A stretch of DNA of 20,000 nucleotides from an uncultured virus (IMG/VR IMGVR_UViG_3300001525_000355) (Duplodnaviria > Heunggongvirae > Uroviricota > Caudoviricetes), in IMG/VR virus record IMGVR_UViG_3300001525_000355; one strand, given 5' to 3'. The notes beneath the pieces were generated by a model, which made no database searches, was not told where the DNA came from, and was given only the letters and a program-made list of their open reading frames with translations. Below, piece by piece: positions 9,514 through 18,600 of this stretch (its first letter is position 1; each line of letters opens with the position of its first letter). Both the position numbers and the translations under genes were made by a program.

Positions 9514-9807
9514 ATGGCAGCACAAGCAACATTAACACACCAGGTAGCAGGTTGTTGTGCTCCTCCTACAACAATTAATAGTGGTTCTGGAGATACTATA
9601 TGTGAAGGTAATGGAGCTGCAAGAATTGGTGATACTTGTATACCCCATGGTGCATCTATATCTTGCCCTACACATACACCTTCTGCAGCAACAGGAAATT
9701 TTTCACAAACAGTAATAATCAATGGAAAGAATGCTGTAAAAATGGGTACTGTTTGGAGTTGCGGATCTAATTCAGTACAGGGTTGCGGAACTGTAGATAT
9801 TGGTTAA
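9514..9807 (+). CDS. PAAR-repeat spike-tip protein (T4 gp5.4-like)
   Basis: 97 aa, Gly/Cys-rich; GAARIGD, PH..., TH, SQTVIINGKNAVKMG..CGS...G..TV.IG match PAAR family patterns, including His/His/Cys metal ligands. Confidence 0.9.
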   Translation: MAAQATLTHQVAGCCAPPTTINSGSGDTICEGNGAARIGDTCIPHGASISCPTHTPSAATGNFSQTVIINGKNAVKMGTVWSCGSNSVQGCGTVDIG

Positions 9808-9824
9808 CGGAACTAAATTAAGTT

Positions 9825-10358
9825 ATGAAAGTACCATATAAACAAGTATACCTCCCAAGAGGTCCCAAACGGTATAGATATATCGTTTTACATGATACAA
9901 ATTGTATGTGTCACAAGTTTAATGACTTTAAAAATGATACTGTTCAATTTCAAACTAATAAGTTAAGATATAGAATTCGTCAAGAAAAGAAATGGTTTGA
10001 ATTACCTTATCATTTTGTATGTGAAAAGATATTGGATGATTATGAAACCGTTAATGGAAGACCTTTGAAATATAGTTGTGAAGATTGTTATCCGGATTTA
10101 ACTACTAATTTTTCAAGATTTGCAGTACATATTTGTGTAATGGGTAACTTTAATGTAATGACTGGTGATACAAGAATGTATCAACAAATATGTTATAGAG
10201 CTATTACACCAGTAATGTCATTGTATAGAATACCGAAGGGTAATATCTTCTTTCATGGAGAACTCAATCCGGGTCAACTTGATTGCCCAGGATTTAATTT
10301 TAGTAAAAGTCATTTGAAGGCATATATTCAACCGTTTCTTGTTGCTCAACCTTCATGA
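9825..10358 (+). CDS. N-acetylmuramoyl-L-alanine amidase (Amidase_2, T7 lysozyme/PGRP fold)
   Basis: YIVLHDT, YHF, GR, ICVMGNF, FFHGEL, CPG motifs with the His/His/Cys Zn ligands and catalytic Tyr. Confidence 0.85.
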   Translation: MKVPYKQVYLPRGPKRYRYIVLHDTNCMCHKFNDFKNDTVQFQTNKLRYRIRQEKKWFELPYHFVCEKILDDYETVNGRPLKYSCEDCYPDLTTNFSRFAVHICVMGNFNVMTGDTRMYQQICYRAITPVMSLYRIPKGNIFFHGELNPGQLDCPGFNFSKSHLKAYIQPFLVAQPS

Positions 10359-10374
10359 TAACAAAAATTCGGTG

Positions 10375-10414
10375 AAGAAAAATGAGTGGGGTCTTTCGAT
10401 CCCACTCATCTTTA
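10375..10414. terminator. Bidirectional intrinsic terminator between convergent genes
   Basis: Stem ATGAGTGGGGTC (10382-10393) / GATCCCACTCAT (10398-10409) with one G-U pair and a TTTC loop; A tract on the left (U tract on the minus strand) and TTT on the right. Confidence 0.85.
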
Positions 10415-10427
10415 ACACACAATTTGA

Positions 10428-11969
10428 TTAGATCATAAGATCAATTCTTTCTCTCAAACTATCAAGCATATCATTCATACTATCAGAGAAGAAATCATTA
10501 TAGAAATTAGTAATCTCTTCTTCCATTTTCAATGCTGGGAAGTTTGGAACTGTATTACCGTTCATAAAATTCATATACTCATTCTTGTTGATTTTACCAA
10601 CAATAGAGCTATAGATATCATATGCTGCGGTAAGGTTTTTGAATCCCATAAAATTCTTAAACGATTGTGTAAATTGAGGAACATTCTTCAATTTATAAGT
10701 CGTTTTAGTAATCGGTTTCTGAATGTTATAATAAGTAAGTATCTTAATAAGATTAGGATACTTCTGTTCCCATTCAGAACCCCTGAACAGATCATACAAA
10801 AGAATATTCAACATATAAGTAATTGAAGTACTCAATGTATTGAAATGTCTATAAGGAATATCTGTAATCTTACTAAGAATTGGGAAAGTAAAGTACTTGG
10901 CAAATACAGAAGGTTCCTTGATAGTATCAATTATAGATTTGAAGTGCTCAACCTTCTCTTCGCTATCAAAGATATTTTCCAAACTCTGATAAGCAAGAAC
11001 AGTTAAAGCAGCAACTGTATTATTATGAGCATATGATTCAAGATTATCTTTACCTGAAACAGCTGCAACATCCTGGGTTGCAATTGTATCACTGTATATG
11101 ATACTCTCTTTATAGATGGACTTGAGAATCCATTTAATAGATTCATCAATGACACTAATCATATAAGGAATTGGATTCGAATCATATTCACAAGTAACTA
11201 TGATATAGTTAATGATGAAGTTAAAGATGTGAGTAATATGCATATCAGGAGTCTTACAACAAAGATTTCTGATATATTCCCACATATACTTATCAGTATG
11301 ATTATACTCATAAGTCTTTGAAGAAACAATCTTGTGAAGTTTAATAATGATTGCAGAATTAGTGAGATTCTTTACAAGATTCTGGAAAATTTCTCTATTG
11401 AAATTCTCACTAATCTTCATAGTCATATCTTTATAAAGACTATAATAAATCTTCAGATAACAAGCAGCTTTGATAATCTCCTTGATTTCAGAAGCATCAA
11501 AGAAGATGGAACTTTTAGATTTCTTTGATTCATCGATATAGTTATCAAAGTTAATATTCTGCTTTTCGATAAATTCATCACAGAATGAAATAATCTGAGG
11601 AATTGCATTCTGGATAATTTTGACATCCATTCCAGATTTCAAATAAGAATCAATGGTACCAATATAAAATTCATTAAACGGTTGACCAAGAACCTCTGAA
11701 CATTTTTCAACAAAATTAAGCATATTATCATACTTGTTAGAACCAGGAGCATAAACCAGCTCTATTTCTTTAACAGTACGAGGTTCACCATTCCAACCAG
11801 TAACTTCAGATGTAGTAACATCTTTAGTGACTTCTTTACCCTCTCTATTCTTTTCTTTAATCTGACGAGTAACTTGTCCTATTATAGGATCACCATACAA
11901 CAATGTATATTCACGTTTTTTGAACTGCCCATTTGCATCAAGTTTCTTTATGAACTTTATTAGTGCCAT
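10428..11969 (-). CDS. Putative sigma-like promoter-specificity subunit of the phage RNAP (phiKZ gp68 / AR9 gp226-like)
   Basis: 513 aa, helical; segments IFFDASEIKEIIKAACYLKIY, KLHKIVSSKT...TDKYMW and NPIPYMISVIDESIKW resemble, from recollection, conserved blocks of the gp68/gp226 family; similar size; adjacent to the RNAP genes; AAGGA RBS. Confidence 0.5.
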   Translation of the reverse strand: MALIKFIKKLDANGQFKKREYTLLYGDPIIGQVTRQIKEKNREGKEVTKDVTTSEVTGWNGEPRTVKEIELVYAPGSNKYDNMLNFVEKCSEVLGQPFNEFYIGTIDSYLKSGMDVKIIQNAIPQIISFCDEFIEKQNINFDNYIDESKKSKSSIFFDASEIKEIIKAACYLKIYYSLYKDMTMKISENFNREIFQNLVKNLTNSAIIIKLHKIVSSKTYEYNHTDKYMWEYIRNLCCKTPDMHITHIFNFIINYIIVTCEYDSNPIPYMISVIDESIKWILKSIYKESIIYSDTIATQDVAAVSGKDNLESYAHNNTVAALTVLAYQSLENIFDSEEKVEHFKSIIDTIKEPSVFAKYFTFPILSKITDIPYRHFNTLSTSITYMLNILLYDLFRGSEWEQKYPNLIKILTYYNIQKPITKTTYKLKNVPQFTQSFKNFMGFKNLTAAYDIYSSIVGKINKNEYMNFMNGNTVPNFPALKMEEEITNFYNDFFSDSMNDMLDSLRERIDLMI

Positions 11970-12211
11970 TTTATTGTCCTTTTCTACCTTTTCGTTGTAA
12001 ACAAAAACAAGTATAATTTTAGATTAGATATATATAGTTTTTAAAACCATATATATCTGAATCTTTTGAAACTGAAAATTCATATCAAAATAAAATATAT
12101 GTAGAAAGTGTTGATGATTTAAAGTTTTAACGATAGAATAGAATTTTTAAGTATTTGAACTAAATTCAAATAGGTTACAAGTATTTTTATATTAAAAAGG
12201 TTATTGTCATT
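11970..12211. promoter_or_regulatory. Divergent AT-rich control region containing two inverted repeats
   Basis: The only long intergenic gap in the window (242 bp), between divergent genes; near-perfect palindrome at 12021-12064 and hairpin TATTTGAA-ctaaa-TTCAAATA at 12152-12172. Confidence 0.65.
12021..12064. repeat. 44-bp imperfect palindrome
   Basis: AGATT.AGATATATAT.aGTTTT-t-AAAACc.ATATATATCT.g.AATCT: one mismatch and one bulge. Confidence 0.8.
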
Positions 12212-12601
12212 ATGGATTTCATTTTAGAGCAAGCAATGCTGACTGTTATCTATAATCAAAGCAATAATTCAAAACGAAAATGCGATTACGTTTGTGGAGA
12301 ACAAGTAAAACGTGATGCGAATTTCGATATTAATTTGAGAATTTGTAGAGCAACATGTGATGTGCAGTGGGATAAGATGTATCTTCAAGAGATACAAAAA
12401 CTTTTGCAAAAATATCCGGAAGATAATAAGTTGCAACAAGCTGGTGTATCCAAATTGAAGTATGCAAGAAAAAGACTTGATGGATCATTAAAAAGATTGG
12501 CAAGAGCAAAACAAGCTTTGCGAGTTAAAATGTCAACTCCCGCTGCTGATTTATCTACAAGAGTTGCCAAACCAATGGCAGCATTTACGACTCAAGATTA
12601 A
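12212..12601 (+). CDS. Small basic helical hypothetical protein with two CxxxC motifs
   Basis: 129 aa; CDYVC and CRATC; AAAGG RBS; 21 bp upstream of the beta' gene. Confidence 0.7.
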   Translation: MDFILEQAMLTVIYNQSNNSKRKCDYVCGEQVKRDANFDINLRICRATCDVQWDKMYLQEIQKLLQKYPEDNKLQQAGVSKLKYARKRLDGSLKRLARAKQALRVKMSTPAADLSTRVAKPMAAFTTQD

Positions 12602-12622
12602 TTTTTGATAAGAGGTTTTTGA

Positions 12623-15600
12623 ATGATTAATTTGCTTGATATGAATAAGATACAGGAGAAATTAACTCCTGTCACTTCATTTGAATATACTGTTGGAGCA
12701 AAGAGTAATCAGTTCCATCCAGAAGGTTTATTTAGTGAAATTATTTTTGGTAATAAGGAAACAAGAGAAAGAGCCAATACGTTTTCTTATATCAATTTAA
12801 ATTGTAAAGTTTTACATCCGGCACTGGTTAAACCCATTTATCGTTTAAATGGAAAGATTCTTGAAATTCTTCAATTAAAGCAGACATATAATCTTAATAA
12901 GAATAATATGTTAGAAGCTGCTGATGAAGGTGAACTTAATGGTGTAACTACTGTCATCAAACACTTTCCAGAACTTATATCAAAACAAGAGCAAGAAGGA
13001 ATTAGAAACGACATAAAGAATATGATTCTTTATCAGTTTAAGAATAATCTTGCTTTTATAGATAAATGTATTGTTATACCTGCAGCATATAGAGATGCTC
13101 AAATCGAAGATGATACCGGTTCATTGAGAATTCCGGTTGTTAATGAATATTATCAGAAAATCATTAAATTGAGTCTTCAAATTAAATCTCTTGGTATGCA
13201 AGAAGGATCTCCAATTTATGAGATTCATGCAGCAAGAATGTTTGGTTTAATTAATGAATTGTATGATTTTATATTAAATAAACTCTCCAAAAAGCAGGGA
13301 ATGGTTAGACAGGATATTCTTGGTAAGAGAGTTGATTTTTCCGGAAGAGCTGTTATTGTTGGCGGATCTACTAATATTAAAGCAGATGAAATTGGTATTC
13401 CGTATAAAATGTTAGTAAAGATATACGAACCATTCATTCTTTATTATTTGTATAATAGTGGAAAAGTAGATAGAAGTAATTTAAATGATTTAGTCAAAAA
13501 TTATAATAATACAACAGCATCAATTCTTTCATTACGTCAGTTATTAACTGATATTCAGAAAGGTCATACTTTACCAAAAGAACTTGATGAAGTTATAAGA
13601 GATGCTGTAAAGGAAGTTATTAAAGATAAAGCATTAATTGCGAAAAGGGATCCTGCACTTCATGCTGAATCAGTTAGAGGATTTAAACCCGTATTAGTAG
13701 ATGGTGATTCTATTGAGATTACTCCATCCTGCTGTGCAGCGTTTAATGCCGATTTTGATGGGGACGCAATGGCGCTCTATACTCCTTTAACAAAAGAATC
13801 AATAGAAGAGGTTAGAACAAAGATTGTTGATTCATCATCAAGAGATGGTATGAATCAAAACTGTGATGGAATTGATAAAGATTTTGTTATTGGTATATAT
13901 ACTCTTACTAAGAATTATCTAAAATTTAAAGATATTAAACCAAAGATTATTAAGAGTGAATCAGAATTAGATTCGTTACATCCAAATTATCCAATTATAG
14001 TAAATGGTGATGTAACTACAGTTGGTAGATATATCTTTAATAAGATACTTCCGGATAAGAAGTACAGAATTAATGTTCCTGTTACAAGTAAGGTTCTTTC
14101 TGGTATTAAAAATCAAATATTCATTGATTACGGAAATGGTAAAGAATATGTTGATTTTATATCCTCTGTAATGGAACTTGGTTCTAAGTATTATACATTA
14201 ATGCCATCTACATTCTCATTGGATGATCTTGAAATACCCCAGTCTATTCTTAAACTTAAACCATTACTCAAGACTGCTACTCCTGAACAAGCTCAGAAGA
14301 TCATTGATAAAATGAAAGCTTTACTCAAGGTATATCTTGAGGAAAATCAATTAAATCTTGGTATAATGGAGAGTGCTGGTGGCGTTAAAGGTTATGATCA
14401 ATTAATTCAGGTTTTAGTAACGAAGGGAATTATTCAAGCACCAAATGGTGAAGCACAAGTAGTACCAGATTCATTTGGTGATGGTATGAAGTCTTATGAT
14501 TTCTTTGCTTCTGGTTATGCATCAAGAAATGGTATTATTGCTCGTGTTATTAATACTACTGATACCGGTTATCTTTCTAGAAGACTTATTTATGCACTTC
14601 AAAGAGTAGAAGCAAATCCAAAACTTGAGGATTGCGGAACTAAACGTTTTGTTACTCTTAAAGTTACACCAGATATAGCTAAACGTTTAATCGGCAGATA
14701 CATATATGATGATAACAATAAGTTAATACAGTTTGATCCATCCAGGGATTCTGACAAGATTATAAGACTTAGATCTCCAATATATTGTCAATCTTCTAAA
14801 TTGTGCAGACATTGTTATGGTGAATTATTAACTAGAAATAATACGCCATATGTTGGTATTGTTTCTGCCCAAATATTGGGTGAAAAATTGAGTCAGGGTA
14901 CTATGAAACAGTTCCATTTGGGTGGTACCATTGAGATGAAGAAAATAAATCTTGCTCATGAATTATGCTCAATGTTTGATAACGGAACCAAGTTGTTATT
15001 CTCTAAAGATTTTACTATTGATGATAATAAGTTGTTATTAAAGAATGGTAAATGCAGAATTGTAATTAATAAAGAATTCTATAAAGATAAGAAAGATATC
15101 GTTATAGATGATAAGAAGATAATGCATTTATCATATGGTTATTTCACATTATCAACATCTAACTATTCTTCAGAACCGACAATTGATAATAAGATTGATA
15201 TTGATCTCAATTCTTGCAGTGATATAGTTGAAAATGATAAGGAATGGTCTTTGGTATTTGATAAACCAAATTCATTGATCTTTATCTGTGTTCCTACACC
15301 AAATGTATTCAGTAACCAAGTTAAATTGGTAGATTCATTATTTAGTGGTCATCAACCATATAAGAATTCAGATCACTTTTTAATGAAAGTTTATGATATC
15401 TATGCCAATGGATTTAAGTGTGGTGCTGATATGGTACACTTCGAAACATTAGTGAGTAATCTTTTGAGAGATAAGGGAAATCCATCATATCCAGCAAGAT
15501 TGAATCCAAAAACATATCAACCAACTTCTGTTTCATTAAATAGTATTCCCAAACTTGAATCTTGGTTACAGGCATTTGCTTTCCAAGATCCAAAAGAAGC

Positions 15601-15676
15601 AATCACTACTGGTCTTCTTTATAGTAGACCAAATGATGAAACAATTCTTGAGAAGCTTATAACGAATAATTTCTAA
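12623..15676 (+). CDS. rpoC: Phage multisubunit DNA-directed RNA polymerase beta' subunit (unsplit)
   Basis: GLFSEIIFG, LGKRVDFSGRAVI, RDPALH, catalytic FNADFDGD (NADFDGD at 13745-13765), bridge helix TTDTGYLSRRL, DCGT...RSPIYC...CRHCYG Zn site, trigger loop AQILGEKLSQGTMKQFHLGG, HFETLV and SWLQAFAF, all in one ORF. Confidence 0.97.
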   Translation: MINLLDMNKIQEKLTPVTSFEYTVGAKSNQFHPEGLFSEIIFGNKETRERANTFSYINLNCKVLHPALVKPIYRLNGKILEILQLKQTYNLNKNNMLEAADEGELNGVTTVIKHFPELISKQEQEGIRNDIKNMILYQFKNNLAFIDKCIVIPAAYRDAQIEDDTGSLRIPVVNEYYQKIIKLSLQIKSLGMQEGSPIYEIHAARMFGLINELYDFILNKLSKKQGMVRQDILGKRVDFSGRAVIVGGSTNIKADEIGIPYKMLVKIYEPFILYYLYNSGKVDRSNLNDLVKNYNNTTASILSLRQLLTDIQKGHTLPKELDEVIRDAVKEVIKDKALIAKRDPALHAESVRGFKPVLVDGDSIEITPSCCAAFNADFDGDAMALYTPLTKESIEEVRTKIVDSSSRDGMNQNCDGIDKDFVIGIYTLTKNYLKFKDIKPKIIKSESELDSLHPNYPIIVNGDVTTVGRYIFNKILPDKKYRINVPVTSKVLSGIKNQIFIDYGNGKEYVDFISSVMELGSKYYTLMPSTFSLDDLEIPQSILKLKPLLKTATPEQAQKIIDKMKALLKVYLEENQLNLGIMESAGGVKGYDQLIQVLVTKGIIQAPNGEAQVVPDSFGDGMKSYDFFASGYASRNGIIARVINTTDTGYLSRRLIYALQRVEANPKLEDCGTKRFVTLKVTPDIAKRLIGRYIYDDNNKLIQFDPSRDSDKIIRLRSPIYCQSSKLCRHCYGELLTRNNTPYVGIVSAQILGEKLSQGTMKQFHLGGTIEMKKINLAHELCSMFDNGTKLLFSKDFTIDDNKLLLKNGKCRIVINKEFYKDKKDIVIDDKKIMHLSYGYFTLSTSNYSSEPTIDNKIDIDLNSCSDIVENDKEWSLVFDKPNSLIFICVPTPNVFSNQVKLVDSLFSGHQPYKNSDHFLMKVYDIYANGFKCGADMVHFETLVSNLLRDKGNPSYPARLNPKTYQPTSVSLNSIPKLESWLQAFAFQDPKEAITTGLLYSRPNDETILEKLITNNF

Positions 15677-15689
15677 GAGGAAATATACA

Positions 15690-18600
15690 ATGATACGTCT
15701 TGATAAGTTCAAAATCTTTCCTTATAAAACCAGTGAGATTTTCTGGCCGGGTAATCAGAGTAATGAATCTCCTGTGAATTTTGTATTTTTCCCAGAGAAT
15801 TCAAATTTCAATCAAGCATACAGAAGAATAAAGATTCCTCGTCGTTTTTGTAAGTACGGAACTATTCTTCCAAGTAAGATTCCGAGAATTATTTATACAA
15901 GAGATTTGGTTACTCAATATTTACTTTTCAAACTTATTCCGGTTAGAAATGTAACACAAGCAGTTAAGAATATCTTTATTGATACTACACCATTTCTTAC
16001 TAAACTTGATGATAAGTATAAGAGGGGTTCATACAGAAGACCCACAGTTCTTGATAAAATTGATACTTATTTAAATCAGGTAAATACAAGTGATTCTTTG
16101 GTTGGTAGACATAATGTTTTACTTTATTATGTTGATTTGACTCAACCCCTTATTAATAGTCCAATGTATAAGAGAGGTTGGGCTATTGTTGATATGTTTA
16201 AGAGAGAAGAGTTTTATAATTACAGTCATATAATGATGTGTGTCTGGACTGGAGCCAAAACTCTTTATTATATGTTGAAGGGTAATGATAAAGCTTTATC
16301 ATGGGTTCGAGTATACAATATCATTGGATCATTAAAACAAAAGATCGATACTAAACAAATTGAGGATTCAAATGATGAATTGTGTAATGATATTCTTATT
16401 ACAAATGATATCAATGCATTAGATCATCATGATGAACCAGAATTATATAGTAATCCTCTTATCTCTAAAACTGAATATGATTTGGGATTAAAACCAGTAG
16501 TAAATAAAACACCCAATAAAATTGTTTCTGTTGATGAATATTCTTTGACAAATGATAATGATAAGAAAACCAAGGGTGCAATTAAGAGATTCTTACAAAC
16601 AAGACCGACTTTGACTGGATTACTTAAGAGTCAACCAATTACTCCATATACTTCACGTAAAGTTACTTTAGCATCAATCCTTTCAAGAAATCTTAGAAAT
16701 GATGAATTAGCAGCACAATCTATTAAGAAAATAGAACCAGAAAACTATCTTCAAACTATAGATAAACTTAAGAAAGATATAGTTCCAAATCTTTTAAGAC
16801 ATGATAGTTATGAGAATGAAGCAAGACAGCCAGTATTTGATAATGCTGGTTTAAATGCTGTGAATGATCACAAGAATCCCAGTGCCATTCTTAATAAGAG
16901 AAAAGTTGATTTCAAGAAATCATTGACAAGAGATTTGATTAATTCATTCTTAATTCTTAGTAAGAATGAAAAATATCCTCTCAAGTTAATAGATCTTTCT
17001 TATAAATCAATTCCGATTAAATCTGGTGATTTACAACCATCCAAGTTTGGTGAGTATAAGGCATTACTTCAGGATGATCAAGGTAAGATTCATGAAGTTA
17101 TAATTGAAGTACCAGAAATTCAGAATGATGGAACTTTCTTAATTAATGGTAATAAGAAATACATGATGTATCAGATTGTCATTGATCCTATTTTCTTTAT
17201 GAAAAAGAATCAAGGAACACTTCAGACAATGTATGCTCCTGTTACTGTCATTCTTAAAGAGACTAAACATAAGTCATATTTCAATTGTTATATTGCTGGT
17301 TACTTTATACCAATGTCTCTTCTTTTGACTTATTATCTTGGTCTTGATAAACTTGGTAAGTTATTTGGTTTTTCATACAGAACAGTTGATTCTGCTAATA
17401 AAGATTCAAAATTCTATTCACTTGACTTTTCTGATAAGAAATCAATTGAGTTTAGTTATGATACAAATAATAAGTTTGTAACTTATCTTCTTGATTCATT
17501 TAAGGAAAGTGTAGCCTTTTCCAAAATGCAATCAAGTGATCTTCTTGGTAAGACCAAATTGGCTGAAGCAATCATTAAAGAAACCAATAACAGAAATAGT
17601 ATTTTTAGAATTGATCAGGTTCTCAAGAATATAATGGAACCCATTTCTTTAGAAGTTCTCAAGAGTAAAATGCTTCCTACAACATTTGAAGATTGTATGA
17701 AGTATATATGTGAAAACATAGCAGCTGGAAGAGTTGATTCTAGAAATGATATTAGTAAACAAAGAATTAGATCTTCTGAAGTTATGTCTTATCAGATTCA
17801 GAAGCAGATTCTTGCATCTTATTCTCAATATTTGACAGATAGAGAACATGGTAATACTGATGCAAAGTATTTCTGTGATACTCGTCAAATTATCAAATCC
17901 ATTATTAATAGTAGTGAATCTAAGTTGATGAGAGAATTGGATAACATCAATCCATATGATGAACTTAGTTGTTTAACTGCTATATCTCCTGTTGGTGATG
18001 GCGGTGTTGCAAATGCTGATGCTATTACTAAAGAAGCAAGAAATATCAATGATAGTTACTATGGTAATATAGATTCAATGGATACACCAGAAAATGGTAA
18101 CATTGGTGTTTTGAATCATCTTACTATAGATGCAGCAATTGGTAATATCAAGGGTTCATTTGGTAAAGTTGATCCGAAGGATAATATCGGAGCTGGAGCA
18201 TTGTCAGTTTGTAGTGCTGTTGTACCTTTCGTTAATCATAATGATGGATGTCGTGTTATGTTCTCTGGTTCGCAGGGAAGACAGGCAATTCCGATTATTG
18301 GCAATCAGAAACCCTTGGTCCAAACAGGTTATGAAACCATTATGACATCAATGCTTGGTGAATCTTATATCAAGAAGACTTATCAAGATGGAATTGTTTC
18401 TAAAATAACCCCAAATGCCATATATATTAGAAATAAGGAAGGTTCTGAAGAAAAAGTTATCCTTGATAACCCTGTTCTGAAAACCAGTGTGGGTCAAATT
18501 AAGGGTGCTTTAAACAATTTCAGTCCAGTAGTTAAAATTGGTCAGAAAGTTAAAGCTGGTCAAATTCTTGCAGAAGGTAAGCACATTAAAGATGGTGTCA

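Noticed and set aside
1378..9807. Bacterial T6SS or eCIS locus
   Set aside because: No Tss membrane complex, ClpV or Afp-type genes are visible; the spike has no fused gp27 hub as in VgrG, and linkage to a phage-type RNAP fits a phage genome better.
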